Assembly: GCA_964270895.1 (NCBI GenBank)
Contig: OZ185439.1
DNA from: Podarcis filfolensis
Taxonomy: Eukaryota
Direction: 5' to 3' (one strand)
Length of the DNA: 64,000 nt
The position numbers and the translations under genes are program-made. Shown here piece by piece: positions 1-13,590 of the stretch. Each line of letters opens with the position of its first letter. The first letter of the stretch is position 1. A model generated the notes under the pieces. That model searched no databases, was not told where the DNA came from, and worked only from the letters and a program-made list of their open reading frames with translations.

Positions 1-122
1 AGGAACTGTTCAATTACCTGCCCCCCAAAGGTACATTCAATATACCACCATCACAATTCCTATCTGTGTAAGACAGGATAATGTATCCTCCAGTTAGGGT
101 CCACTGTTAGAATCACAGGCCA

Positions 123-126
<4 letters not shown>

Positions 127-195
<69 letters not shown>
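127..195. repeat. Compound microsatellite (TC)n(AC)n
   Basis: Read directly; explains spurious ORF 94..282. Confidence 0.95.
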
Positions 196-199
<4 letters not shown>

Positions 200-2696
200 T
201 TCATCAGGGCCTGTATAGAGCTAAGAAAGTCATGTTTGAGTAAATCAGACCTCAGAAACGATTCTGCAGCAGGATAGCACAAAGCTCTGTAATCTAAACA
301 TCGGGGAAAAGTGTCAGGCTCCAGTTCTAATATTTATAGCAATCTCGCCGATTCAGAGATGCTGCACTACCTGATAACTGCAAGAGCTGATGCTGCACTC
401 CGTTTAGGACCGAGCCAATACATACCCCGCTCAATTTCACCACCCCTTTTTGGCAATTTGCATATACTCTGATTTAGTTCGTGACAATGACACTTAGATA
501 AATTGCATTGGCTATGAAAGGACACCCAAAGGGACAAGAGAAGGGGGGCCAAGCAATGGTGGAGACTATGGTTGCTGCCAGAACCAGGTCCACAAAAAGG
601 GTTCTGAGGGCTGAGCATATGCCAGCATCTTAGACCCAAATTCTTGAGGTTCCCGATTCAAGCTCCAGATCCTTTGAAAACAAGGGGTAATGAAAATATG
701 CAAAAAGCACTACCTCAAATCTATTAGCTTCCAGGAAAGTACTTATTACCTTGCAGTAAACAAACACATACAACAGCTTGCATTTTATAGCTAACGTTCA
801 TGATCCAAATCTGTTGTTTCAAGCACATGGAAAATTTGCCAATTGTGCTGCTACTTTAAAGCGAAGAATCTACACAAAAATGTATTATGGAGGAATCCAA
901 GTGGCTTTTTAAATCTCCAGCACTTTCCCTAACCTTTTAGAGTTTTGTAATGATGGTGAACAAAAGTTATCTTCTAAAATAAAGAGAGAAGGAGGTACAA
1001 ACGGCGATATAATTCGTACTTTTTGGAGATCATCATGTAGTGATGTTGAAACACATACTGTTCTGGAAATTACACATTTTATCTCTACCAACTTGCAAGA
1101 TGGTGTACCAGACCATTTTATTCCAAAAATGAAATCTGGGGAAATAATGTAGAAGGATAAATCAGTAGAGAAACTAGAGAATAGAGCCATTCTTTTTTCT
1201 TTTTTTAGGAGGTGCCTTTTGAGACAAAAAAACCCACACTAAATAAAGGTATGTTTCTCATTTCAAACAATGGTGCTTCAACTAAATAATAAGTAACTAT
1301 TATTCACATTTCTTTCTTCTGGTGCTGTGGTTAATTAATTGCTTGTGTGGCTCCACCTATGCAGAATTAGGGGACATTTTAGCTGTTTTCAGAGTGGGGT
1401 GGGGCAAATGTTATTTTTATGTAAACTGCTCGAATAACTTAGTTGAATGGACAGTATGTAAATGTAACAAATGATTATTTAATTTAGCAGGAATTTTTGT
1501 TTCAGTTTTTAAATGCCAGCTGAAAACCTTTTTATTCTGTCAGGCTTATGCAAGCAATTCAGAATATATTTTTCTGCAATAGTTATACGAGTTTAACTTT
1601 TGTATATAATTTTGATTGTATGGTTTTATGTACAGCTGTGAACCGCTTTGGTTTTTTTTAATGAATTGGCAGTATATAAAGATTTTTGTAAATAAATAAA
1701 ATTTGGGAAACACTAAAATTTCTGTGCTATCTTAAGTATTAAGTATTAAAAGCAGCACTGGAGTGGTGGCATGGGGAATATCTTTCCTCTGATCAGTTGT
1801 TTTATCCTTAAACATGATATCAAGCTATATGTAACAGTTTTAGATTGAAAGACAGCCTATGGGTACAAGAATTAACTTAGCTTTTCATTTTCTAACCTTA
1901 ATCAAACCAATCCCTTGGCAGCATAAAAGTGCAATTAAAAATTATTTGGGAGAGCTTAATCTATCATTAGACAATCTATATGTGAATATTCTGTATATAT
2001 AATCAGACATTCGCTGTATTATTGTAATTACACTCTGTAATCCTCAAAAGGATATTTATCATAATTTAAAACTATCTGGAGTTAATTGCAGGTGTCAAGG
2101 GGTCCAAAATTAAATTTATAAAGGTTTTGCAATATTAACCACAATTTAATGGATTTACAAAGTAAGTAAGGAATGAATGACACTGGCAAATGCCTTTTTA
2201 AATTGTTCCTTGCCGTCTTCCACACCCATACCTATTAAAAATTAAGGGAACCAAGGCAAAATGAATTGGACATTAAGTGTTCAGTGAAAATCATGCAAGT
2301 GATTTAAGGTTGTCAATTGACTGGCAGGGGGAGAGTCTTTTTATACTACTAAGGTTTGGTTTAGTTAAGGTTAGATTAAATTGTTTTTTGTTTGTTTGTT
2401 TTTTTAATAGTCTGGCTTGCTCTTGTGCCTTTAAAATAAACTTGACCTATAAATCAGTAGATGATAAATGTATCACCTTCTAGTTGCTGCTGATCCAGCT
2501 ACTGTTAAACACACAGGTACAGGATCCAGTTGAAACACTAAGGTGGGCTCAGAACTGCATTTTCCTTTGAAGTCTCCGAGGATGAAATGTGAAAATGAAA
2601 ACTGTTTGTGTGGAATGTACAGACCAGAGATGCTACGTCCTCCTTTTTGACAAAGACAAGAATCAGGGAACGTGTAAAAGCATTTTTAAGGCACCT

Positions 2697-3043
2697 GTAA
2701 GGTAAAGGTAAAGGGACCCCTGACCATTAGGTCCAGTCGTGGTCGACTCTGGGGTTGCGGCGCTCATCTCGCTTTATTGGCTGCAGCGTACAGCTTCCGG
2801 GTCATATGGCCAGCATGACTAAGCCGCTTCTGGCGAACCAGAGCGGTGCACGGAAATGCCGTTTACCTTCCCGCCGGAGCAGTACCTATTTATCTACTTG
2901 CACTTTGACGTGCTTTCGAACTGCTAGGTTGGCAGGAGCAGGGACTGAGCAACGGGAGCTCACCCCATCGTGGGGATTCGAACCGCCAACCTTCTGATCA
3001 GCAAGTCCTAGGCTCTGTGGTTTAACCCACAGCGCCACCCGCG
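2697..3043 (-). mobile_element. Sauria SINE, near full length
   Basis: Minus strand reads GCGGGTGGCGCTGTGGGTTAAACCACAGAGCCTAGG...GGTTCGAATCCCC (tRNA-related head with B box)...GTGCAAGTAGATAAATAGGTAC...GGGGTCCCTTTACCTTTACC tail; colinear with four other copies here. No TSD found. Confidence 0.95.
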
Positions 3044-3474
3044 CTTGGGCCTATTTCAAGGTGATTTTCCGTCTTACTAAAAGCCTACACAACCTAGGTT
3101 TTTGCGTAACTCAGGAAGGGCTTCTTCCCAAACTTCGCTTCATGTCTTCCTGATCACGCCTCATCCTGCAAACTTTATTTTGCTTTCTTCTTGACCACAG
3201 TTTGCACTGTGGGTGTGTGAAGCAAACAAGGCTTTCATGGGTGTGGCTCCCTTCTTCTAAAGCACACTACCCCAAGAAATACCACAGGATTCATTAGAGA
3301 ATTATTTATTTATTAATTTTTGATATTAAAAAAACAACTGAACAGCTCTAAATATTGTAAGAATCAAACAACATGTTTAACACTACAGCAGCAGAAAACC
3401 CCACTTCAAACATGAACCGTTTAAGAGAAGCAAACTAAAAATTAATTAACATGGGGTGAAAGCTGGATCTAGAC

Positions 3475-3712
3475 CAGGGGTAGGCAACCTAAGGCCCGTG
3501 GGCCGGATGCGGCCCAATAGCCTTCTAGATCCGGCCCTCGGATGGTCCAGGAATCAGCATGTTTTTACATGAGTAGAATGTGTGCTTTTATTTAAAATGG
3601 GTTATTTGTGGGGCATAGGAATTTGTTCTTTTTTTCAAAATATAGTCTGGCCCACCACATGGTCTGAGGGATGGTGGACCGGCCCACCGCAGAAAAAGGT
3701 TGCTGACCCCTG
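3475..3712. mobile_element. Non-autonomous hAT (Charlie/Buster-type) MITE
   Basis: Imperfect TIRs CAGGGGTAGGCAACC / GGTTGCTGACCCCTG; perfect 8-bp TSD ATCTAGAC at 3467-3474 and 3713-3720. Confidence 0.93.
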
Positions 3713-4605
3713 ATCTAGACTTAGTTTCTGTAAATGGAAAGGGTACTTCTGTCAACAGAAGGCTTTTGATTCCCTGGAGGGATCCTGCTTGTCACAGCCT
3801 ATGATCTGGGGACCTTGCAGTACATAGCAATGGGCTACGATGAGGACATATTTCAGACTTCTTTGCCAGTGGGAGAACAATCAATATCTTATTCAGGGGT
3901 CTCCTAGCTAGAGGATGCAGCCCTGACTCAAATCCCCATAATGCCTGTTTCCTCAGCCCTGCAAAAGTAAACGACTACAAAATATGGCAAGCATCCTTCA
4001 GCCAGCCAGCCTCTCCAGGAATGTGGAACCTGCCACCCTTTATGTTTTGTGAGCCTACATAAGGTTTTCAGATCAGTGCTTGTTCCTGCAGAGGTATATT
4101 CTGTATGCCTCCAGAGGATGGTTCGGTCACTAGGGCCTCCTTGGAGCTGTCCAAGGTTCTATTCTTGCTCTTTGGTATGACTTGGCTAAGAGCAGCCCCA
4201 GACCATTTCCTCTACAAGTCTCAATCTCCCGTGAGTAGAGGCAACTTTTGTCAGTCTAAATATTGGTGAGCAATTAACAAATATGTTTCTATTGTATATC
4301 ACTTAAGATATGTTCCGATTTACATTTTTAATAAAGGGTGCGGGCAAACAAAATCAAAACAAGGGCTGGCTTAAGCAGAACTCTACCTGCCTTGATTCTC
4401 TTCAAATAGATGAGCTCCCCTGGTTCAAATGATTGCTACACACACACACACACTTTTCAAGCATTGCTACTCAAGGTGAAACACATTCACACGGGTTTTT
4501 TTATATATTTTTTTTACAAATAAGACAACTTTCTTTGTTTCTGTGCAGTTGGATTTCCCCTTCTTTGGGTTGTGTGCCAGCATAAACTAGGCTAGCAACC
4601 TAATA

Positions 4606-4847
4606 CAGTGGTACCTCAGGTTAAGTACTTAATTCGTTCCGGAGGTCCGTTCTTAACCTGAAACTGTTCTTAACCTGAAGCACCACTTTAGCTAATGGGG
4701 CCTCCTGCTGCTGCCACGCCGCTGGAGCCCGATTTCTGTTCTTATCCTGAAGCAAAGTTCTTAACCTGAAGCACTATTTCTGGGTTAGCGGAGTCTGTAA
4801 CCTGAAGCGTATGTAACCTGAAGTGTATGTAACCCGAGGTACCACTG
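4606..4847. mobile_element. Tigger/pogo-like (Tc1/mariner) MITE
   Basis: TIRs CAGTGGTACCTC / GAGGTACCACTG; TA on both sides; internal repeats of TTAACCTGAA; same family as 18187-18428. Confidence 0.92.
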
Positions 4848-6457
4848 TAGTTAATTCTGAAGTCCCAATTAGCTCAATAGGATTTATTCTTAAGTAAAGA
4901 CTAGAGTAAAGCATCTACACATCATGGCAACAAATAAGAGCATCTTCTCTGCTACAAGTGAAAGGAGCCATCACTGTCCTTCGTTGTATTCTTTGCCTTC
5001 AATTGTCTGTGCGATAATTGTGGGCACCAAACATTCCAATCCTCATTCAAGAGTTCATGACAGCCGCTTTATTTGTAGAGATCTGTACATCTTGGATATG
5101 TTGAATGGTAGTCGTGATCCTCATTTTATCACCCAGTGACCCAGTTCTGATCTCACTGCTTCAGTCTTTGTTATCTTGGTTAATTTCTCATCATCTACAA
5201 ACCTTTCCTTGACATTCTTAGATTCTTGTTGGGCCATATCTGAAACTTGACCCAGGTGGTAAGTATATTTCCTTAAATTTGTGGGATAGAAATCTCTCTT
5301 CAGATTATTCTCCTAATGGGAGAAATGCTGTTCTTTTTCATGAATCATTAGGATGGTTTAGCTTCCTTAACAGCCTGGGCATTTAAAATAAAATGGTGAT
5401 GTCTAAGATAATTATTGTTTATTAGGTTATTTTGCATTATATTATGTTTTCTACATTCTGAGTAATAAGTAGTCAGAGCTATAAAGTTCCATAATATGTT
5501 AATGTGTTAAAATGGAAATTCCTCTAAGAGCATTCATTACTTAATTGCTTATAAATATAGCAATCATAATCTCTCTTTTTCTGTTTGGGATCAGCAAGAT
5601 TTAGCAAGGGAATGAGTGGAGCATGATCTAACACAAGGACTATCAATGTTAGTATTTTCCAGAGGGGGGAACTCTGTCTTCCACAAGGCAGGGAGGGGGT
5701 GGAAGACAGATTGTAGAGCTTCTACAAAATGATGGCGTAGACTGGAGAAAGTGTTCTACTAGGAATCATTCAATAAAATTGTGTCAAGGGAGATTCAGGA
5801 AAGAGATAAAAGTAAGTACGAAATATAGTACTTCGTACTATACATAGGGCCTTGATGGAATTCACTGCCACATAATATGGTAATAGTCACTAAATGACAA
5901 GTAGATGTGTCTGACATTTGTTTGCCTTTAAAAAAGTGGCCAGTTCACAAATGGAAAAGCCCAAGGAAGAAGCTGTCCACAAAGAGCCCAGTAAATCACT
6001 AACCTGTATTTGTTCTGTTTGCATAATATTTTCTGCATTTCTTCCGCTGATTTTGTGTGTTCTTTTAAACAATTACCAACTTGTTTAGGAAGCAGCACAT
6101 GGTCTGCTGGATTTAGGTTTAGATTTACTGCACTAGCACTGGAGAGAGATTGATTGATGGCAGCTTATGAATGCGCTGTTTGGTAGAAGTCTGGCTGGAA
6201 GCCTAAAATAAATGGAGTATGCCAGCAGGCCTGTAAGGGTTTTGTGAACCAATGAATTTATCCCTAGGTTTCCAGGATGTCTGACTATGTACTAAGAACA
6301 ACTCTGGTGAAAGCCGTCAGACTACATCCATTGTGCATGCTGATAATTTCCAAAGGCTCAGAGCAGCAAATGGTACAAAGGCAGATATGAAAGGCAGAAT
6401 GTTAACACTCTGCCATGATCCTCACCATTCACTATTTTCCCTGCAATTAACACTCTA

Positions 6458-6585
6458 AGGGGAGGATAGCTTAGTAGTACAGTGCATGGTTTGCAAGCCA
6501 AAGATCCAAGGTTTAATCCCTGTCATCTCCAATTTAAAGAATCCCAGGTAGCAGTTACTGGGAAACATCTCCGCTTAAAGCTTCA
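6458..6585 (+). mobile_element. Degenerate tRNA-derived SINE (Squam3-like)
   Basis: A-box-like GATAGCTTAGTAGTACAG and B-box-like AGGTTTAATCCC, followed by TGTCATCTCC...CAGGTAGCAG...GGGAAA. Confidence 0.6.
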
Positions 6586-8021
6586 AATGAATAATGTTGC
6601 AACCATGCTCCCGCTCCACAGAGAAGGTGAGTAAATGATCCCAGCATGGCAGGATGCAGAAACAAGTGATCAGGATGGGGAGAGCCAAGTAGATTGGGCT
6701 GGTTTACTCTGCTCCCTCCTCTTCCTTGCTAGTCAGCAATACTAGCAGAAGACAAGGGCCAGATTCTACATATAAGTTGCTGTCATTCAGTGGCACATGA
6801 TGGGAGAGGGGGCAAGGCAGGAGTCATCAATGTCCAAAAATAATTTCTCTGGGTCAGGCTTTTGTACTGGGCCCATCTCTCCCACAACCCCTTGTCTCAT
6901 TTTTTTTTTTGGGGGGGTGTGATAGATTGGTGGTGTCTTTATTTATAAAGGTCTCTTTATTTAAGCATGTTGAGTTATTGGCGATTTGATTTGTATTTAT
7001 AGCCATACATGGCAGTATGGCACATATGTATAATAATTACACAAGAATATGGTTACCAGATTTTTTCAATGAATCCGGGGACCTTTTTTTCTTTTTCTTT
7101 TTTTTTTTTTTTTGAAGCTGAATAGCAACAGGGAGTCAGTCGTGGGGATGGTGAGGCAAAAGACCCTGGGCCCAAGCAGACATGCATATTTTATAAGGTG
7201 CAAACCCTTCTTTTGCACCCTGTGAAACATAAATGCGCAGAATTTTTAAAAAATTGGGCAACGGCCGCCTGCTTACAACTCCTGAGCCTCCCCCAATCAG
7301 TCAAAACAAAGGGGGAAGGGGGCAGGAGATCTGTACCACCAGACATCCCCGGTTCCCCTTCAGCAGTGGCGGCAGCAGTGGCAGTCAGCAGCCCAGAGCC
7401 AGCCTGGTAGCGCAGTTTTATCCAAGCAGTAATCAGACACAGGGAAATAAGTTTGTATCCTCAAGGGTACAATTAAGCCTTAATTTAGCTTCATGGTAAT
7501 GAGGTTATAAGCAAGCCCAATTCCCCTGGTTTTGGAGGGTGGGTTGCACAAGTTTCCATTTCACCTACAGCTTATTTGGTGCTGAAGCTCTGATTTCAAA
7601 AGATGCTGAATGTCATTGTTCCATTTAGCTCGTTGTGCCCCAGACAGGCATTTTCTACGTGCCTTCAGATCGTGTTTTACATGGCAGCTCACGGGTAGAG
7701 GGCCCCATACTCTCGTACTGTGGGTTAGCGTAATGGAGTATTGTTGTTGTTATTTATCATCATCATCATTGTTATTATCGTCTTTTAAAGTCAGTATTCT
7801 CCACATCCTGCTATGCACCCAAAGCCACCACCAGCTCCAATTAAGAAATTACATTTCTTCCTTTTCTTCACTTTAAATACATTTATCTGCATGGCTGCAG
7901 CAAAAACAGAAAAGCTTCTAAAATAAAGGTTGTCTCAAAGTTACTGGAGCATCAAATTACTACCTCTTCCACCTGAACTTAATGTTAGAACGCTTCCTTA
8001 AAACAAAAAAAAAAAACTTAC

Positions 8022-8090
8022 TTAATTCTGCATATCTGTCGAACAAAGATAGTAATCCGAGAGGTCGCATGCATTGTTCTGGTGCAGTGA
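8022..8090 (-). other. Candidate 69-nt exon of an unidentified host gene
   Basis: ttcctgtag|TCACTG...GAATTAA|gtaagt; length is a multiple of 3; two open phases (xTAPEQCMRPLGLLSLFDRYAEL or HCTRTMHATSRITIFVRQICRI); several CpGs retained. Peptide not recognised. Confidence 0.25.
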
Positions 8091-10213
8091 CTACAGGAAC
8101 TGAGCCAGAGCTAACACACTAATTTGAACAAGCAAGTCTGTACCCATCGACAGGAACCAATAACGACTCCTGGCACACATATTACGTGCTAGCAACTCAA
8201 GTTCCTTACAGTGCAGAGCTTGCTCAGAAACGCCTCCCCCATCATTAAGCAATTATAATTTCACTGAAAAAGATAGAAAAGGGAAAAGATAACCCATCCT
8301 AAGCCAAAATACCCAGTGCAATAAAAAGTCACTCCTAAGAAATAAAGCGGAATATCTTGTACTATTAAATATTTAGCACAGTGCATATAATATATGCAAC
8401 ATTGCTGCCCATTAACATCTGTTATGCTAAATCTCTCAGAAAACAACCACCATTCTGGAAAAACTAGGTTCAAAAGGTGCCTATTAAAATCCTGCTTTAA
8501 CACTTTTTTCGTACACACACACACACACACATGACAGCAAATTGATTCTAATAGAATGTAAAGACCAACAATCGCCTGCCCATTGATACCCCCCCCCCCA
8601 AAAAAGCCACTAAACTTTTTCCAGGGACACTATACTCATGTCAAGTAACTGCCACTTTTTGAGTTAGTACTTTATAATCAGAAACGGCCTACATTCCTGT
8701 CATCTTCTTCCTTTTATTTCTCCCCCATCTTCCTCCTTCCCCTTTTTGGTCTGCAGGAACTGGACTGTTTGGAAAGAAGGAAATGATATTTCAGTGTGCT
8801 GATAGCTGTGAGAGGCTTCCAATTATCACCTTGAAAATGTAGTATTTGAATGCAAAAGATGGCTACCCAGCTACCCATTGAATCCAAAACACCATAGTTC
8901 TTCTAAATAAAAGAGCTTTTAGTTGTGAAAAGGAAAGGAAAATCAGATTTAGGCCTAGTTTTCATAAACAACAAATGAGGTAGTAAGTCTGCGTATGACA
9001 CTAGCGTTATAGGAATTCTAAGGTCTCATAAATCATATGTTCATAAATTTACAAGGCAAACACACACATAAGTATGTAAACCACGTGTCTGAAATAGGAC
9101 AGGAGAGCAATCCTGAAACCATTTTGACTCTCCCAAATGGACCTCAAATATTTCTCTGAGAGGATGAAGAAAATGGGAAAGCCTCTCCATTGTCTTTTGC
9201 TTACCTGTCTCAAGGGTATATTTGTGTATGAATATTTAGCATCTCAAAAGGAATGGCTGCCCAGATAAAGCAATCAAGTGACCATTATCAGTATCCTGCC
9301 AGACAGGATTTCTGTTGTAGACCGCCCCCTGTGATGTATTTCTGCTGTCACCCACCTCCTTCTGTGATATATGTAGGATGTTTTTTTGGGGGGGTATTGA
9401 GCTACAGGGAGGGCAAATTAAAAAGTCTGTATAAGGGCTTGCACACCATTGTTCTGGGTCCCTCCTGCCTCCTGCGTGGGGGGGGGGGTTAGCACCCTGT
9501 TGCAACAGTTAATAAAGATCAGGATTACTAGCTGCTTTGCTTCTCAATATTCTGTTATTTTCTCCTTCCAATAGGGAACCTACATAAGGACTCTATAGGG
9601 CTCTTGGATACCCCATAAGGGAAAAGGTGCAGTTTTTTCCCCTTATAACAGTTTGGCTACATTAAGCAACATTATACCATTGCTAGCTCCAATTTATACC
9701 CCCCCTTCCTTTCGTACCAGAATATCTATTATACGCCTTACTGCAGATGACACTTACCCATCTGATCAGATAATTGTTTTCCTAGTTCCTCGGAGTCTCA
9801 CTGGGGAGAACAAACTGCAGTGGCGGGGAAGGGGGAGCATCACCTTTCCATCTTTTTAATGCCATGTAATCAAAAAATCTTAGACACACAATTAAAAGTT
9901 ACTCAAGTGAAGCTAGCCATAGACCACAATTTGCTAAATAATTTATACTGAAATGTTCTTCCTTCCTCATATCTGAGATGTTCAAGACAGGCAGCCAGAA
10001 TCTTTTACTCGAGTCTATGGCATCTCCCCAGCCCCTGGTGAAATTATTATTTGGACATATTTATTTCACTATAGCGGGGCTGTTAATAGCCATATATTTG
10101 GTCACCCACAGTTACATGCAGACAGGGAAGCTTTATAGCAGTTGGTTTTTGTTTTACAACTTACAAGTTCTGTGTGGGCTAGTAACATCGTTGCAGTCTA
10201 GCCATTTTTTATG

Positions 10214-10380
10214 AGGGCTGTACCTTGGTGATAGAGAATCTGCTTTGAATGCAAAAGGTTCATGGTGTAATCATCTGCATCTGGGGTAGGAAAAGACTCC
10301 TCTCTGAAACCACTGAGAGCTGCTAATGGTCAGTGCAGACAATAATGTGCTAGGTGGACCAACTGTCTGACTCAGTATTC
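10214..10380 (+). mobile_element. Degenerate Squam3-like tRNA SINE
   Basis: GGGCTGTACCTTGGTGATAGAGAATCTGC...GGTAGGAAAAGACTCCTCTCTGAAACCACTGAGAGCTGC...CTGTCTGACTCAGTAT matches the recalled Squam3 layout. Confidence 0.7.
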
Positions 10381-10880
10381 GTTGAGAATTTCCATTCCAC
10401 TTTAAGGAGCAGACATGGGATTGTTACGTGTCACATGTCTGTTTATATTCCAGCACAGTATGCTGGGAACTTCCATTGTGTGTGTAGCTTTTGCTTTTCT
10501 CTGTCTCTCTGAGAAGACAAAGAGAGAGACGACATGTTTCTTTGTCCTGATTTATGATTAATAAATCTGTAGTTGTAGTATGCTTCCACAAGCCTCATGC
10601 CTATTCTGTCAGCTCAGCTGATATAGTGTGCCCTGGCTTTGAAGCCTGGGTTGCTGATGTACATCAGAGCAGAGGCCGATGGGTCTTTGCAGAGGGACGG
10701 CTGGAAGGAGACGACTCAGCTGGGGGCTAGCCAGCTGGCCTTTCAACTCTCTGCATGCCGACAGTATTCCTATGATAGTGTAAGAATTTAGAGACTATGT
10801 GGAGGGAATTGATGACATGGAAATAACTATGCTAATGCGAGCTGTTTAATTCAGCATCTGATGTGACCATTCATCTATTG

Positions 10881-11016
10881 CAGTGGTGGCCAAACTTGGC
10901 CCTCCAGATGTTTTGGAACTACAACTCCCATCATCCGTAGCTAACAGAACTAGTGGTCAGGGATGATGGGAATTGTAGTTCCAAAACATCTGGAGGGCCG
11001 AGTTTGGTCACCACTG
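10881..11016. mobile_element. Palindromic hAT-type MITE
   Basis: Arms of about 55 bp (CAGTGGTGGCCAAACTTGGCCCTCCAGATGTTTTGGAACTACAA...) are near-perfect inverted repeats; 8-bp TSD ATCTATTG / ATTTATTG with one mismatch. Confidence 0.9.
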
Positions 11017-13541
11017 ATTTATTGTGATCCTATTTAACACACATGGTTTCTACACACTCAGCACTTGGTGAGATAAAACCACACAGAAGTGGTATTTGTG
11101 TAAGAGTCAAGCCCTACTTGTCAGTATCTGACAAAATTATAGTACCATGAAGTCTTATACTACCTATTTTTGGTGCTTTATGCTCTCTTCAGGGAGGCTA
11201 ACCTGATACTTTCTTTACGTATCTTTCGGCACGAGGAAAAAACATTCTTCTCCCATGTTTTGGCTAATTAATCAATCTATGGTCTTTTAAACTGGAAGTG
11301 GGGTATTGTTTTTGTTTGCTATTATGGTATGTATTTCTGTGTTTTTATATTGCAAACTGCTCTGATCTTTGTATAAAGGGTGGTATAGAAATTTGATAAA
11401 TTATTACTATTGTTGTTGTCATCACTATACTCTTTAATGCAACATTAATATGAAAAGTGATGCAATTGTAACACTGAATTTATGAAGTGAGAGGTGAAGG
11501 TGACAACCTGCCCTGCAAAGAGTTTGAAGGCCTGAGACTTCAGAAGAAGTCTAGATAAAGTTTTAATGGATGTAATAATACTGAGCATCATAAATTGCAT
11601 GAAAACAGAAGAAAAAGAATTAAAGGTCTTCTCTACAAGCTACAGAAAAAAACTTTAACCTTAAGCTAAGACATTGACTATGATTTGGACATCCCATGTG
11701 TCAGAGAGCAAAGTGACCTGCCACATCAAAACCATTTCCCCACCAGGCTGAGAAGAACAAACACAAATATATACAGAGGGAGGAAATCTGACTCAGCACA
11801 GAAATGCAATTTCTCTGGGACAGATACTTGACACTGTCAGCATAAAGATGACATTGGGCGATGCTGGGATGAAAATGAAATTGATTTTTGAAATACGGGA
11901 TAGAGGAATTACTTCGAGGTGACTCTCTTTCTCCCTTCCTGGATGATGATTGCCACTGGAGACAGCATGTCTGCTTTTGAGAGTGAGGTTCCATAGATTT
12001 TATCCTAAGTTCTTCCATTGATCTGCTATGTGCCTTTTGCTCAGCTAGATGATACTTCACCTTACCGCTATGTAAAATGTTCATGTCAATAGATCTTTAC
12101 CTTGGAGGAGTCTTTTGAGATTAACGAGGGTTGCATTTGCAAAATATTTTGCTATCAAAAAAGCACTCAAATGGTAAACATCATTTGCATCTATAAAGTT
12201 CCTTTCCAGTTTTGCTGAACTGTCAGAGGATGATCTGACAAAGGTACCTGGCTTTTGCTAGTGCACAACTTAATATGCTGCAACATATTTCTCCTATTCA
12301 GGCGGGTGTGAGAGGTGTCCCCTAGACAGCTATATTAAAAAAACTATTCTTCATAAATGAAAATAGATATGGAAACACTATAAAAAAACTAGAGTTGCAC
12401 CAAATGTTTTCCCATTTTAATATTCAGTTCGAAAAGAGAAATTCAAAGAGGACATAAATGGGAGGGGGGAGTCACTGAGATTGTTCACTTTTTCACATAG
12501 ATGAGGACAAATAAAAGCCAATTGAGAGTCAAGAATCAATGAAAATCAATAATTATTTTTATTTTTATTTTTTATTTATATCCTGCCCTCCCTGGCCAGG
12601 GCCTGGCTCAGTAAAGAGGGGATACTTCAATGCTGTCAGAAATGTTCAGCAAAACAACCACTAACATGAATATGAATTTCTTGTTCATTTTGTGCTTCCA
12701 TATAAATCCTTAACAAAAATGTTTAGTCACTGTGGCACCATGAGAGAAACCTCCCGGGGGGGGGGGTCACTAGCCGCAACAAAACTCTTTTGGCTTCCCT
12801 CGAACTTCCTCAAAAGTTTCACCTGAGGAAGAACCCTTTGATTTGAAATTCTCTAAATGTCCTCCCAAGTAGCAAAGACCTTTTTACCGTAATTCTCTCT
12901 CCAGTCAGAAATCTAGGGAAGCAAGGGGATAGTAGAATTCTCCTTCTCACCATAAGGCATGTTCCAGACAACTAGATTACAAGCAGTTTTTACAGGAATT
13001 TAATCAGATGTTCATCTGCATTCACTCAGTCTGGATCAAGGCCAATCCAAGACATTTTTCTGCCTGATCCAAATGGCAAATTGGAGCCCCCTTTTCATAT
13101 ACAAAAGCTTATTGGATTGGCAACTGAATCTTATATTGATACTGATGATGGGACAGCATCCTCCTGAAGGCATCAGGTTAGTTTAGAGGGCACAGGCAAC
13201 CTGTCCTCCCCACACCTTGCCACATATATTTTCCTTGATTTATGAAACAAGGCAAGGTAGTGCTACAACATACATTAACTTTTGATTTAATACAAGAAAC
13301 ATCAATCTTTATTTGCTTTTCAGTTCATTCTCTCCCACTTACTCTCTGCAGTTGGCCACACCCATTGTCTCCTGGTTCCTTGCAGCCCATCTCTTAAAGG
13401 AGCCCCAAAAACCATTCTCCAGTCTCCAGCACCTGCCTTACTCTGCCAAATGGTAGGACTAGGTCACAATCTGGATATATGACCACTGAAGTAATGTAAG
13501 AATTCCACCCAGGTTTCTTCCACCACATCAAAATGGCCAGG

Positions 13542-13544
<3 letters not shown>

Positions 13545-13588
<44 letters not shown>
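13545..13588. repeat. (AT)n microsatellite
   Basis: Read directly. Confidence 0.95.

Positions 13589-13590
<2 letters not shown>

Noticed and set aside
2755-2997. Recurrent ORF ...HMASMTKPLLANQS...EPPTF (also 26079, 52996, 61021)
   Set aside because: Antisense translation of the Sauria SINE body, not a gene family.
3720-4260. Possible DIRS tyrosine-recombinase relic
   Set aside because: Only vague resemblance; no catalytic motif could be read in any frame.
9758-9800. Minus-strand exon-like segment with strong acceptor and TGG|GTAAGT donor
   Set aside because: 43 nt with stops in all three frames; at most non-coding or cryptic.
12101-12247. 147-nt open minus frame ending at AAG|GTAAAG
   Set aside because: The acceptor is purine-rich and the peptide is unrecognised; an open frame of this length is expected by chance.
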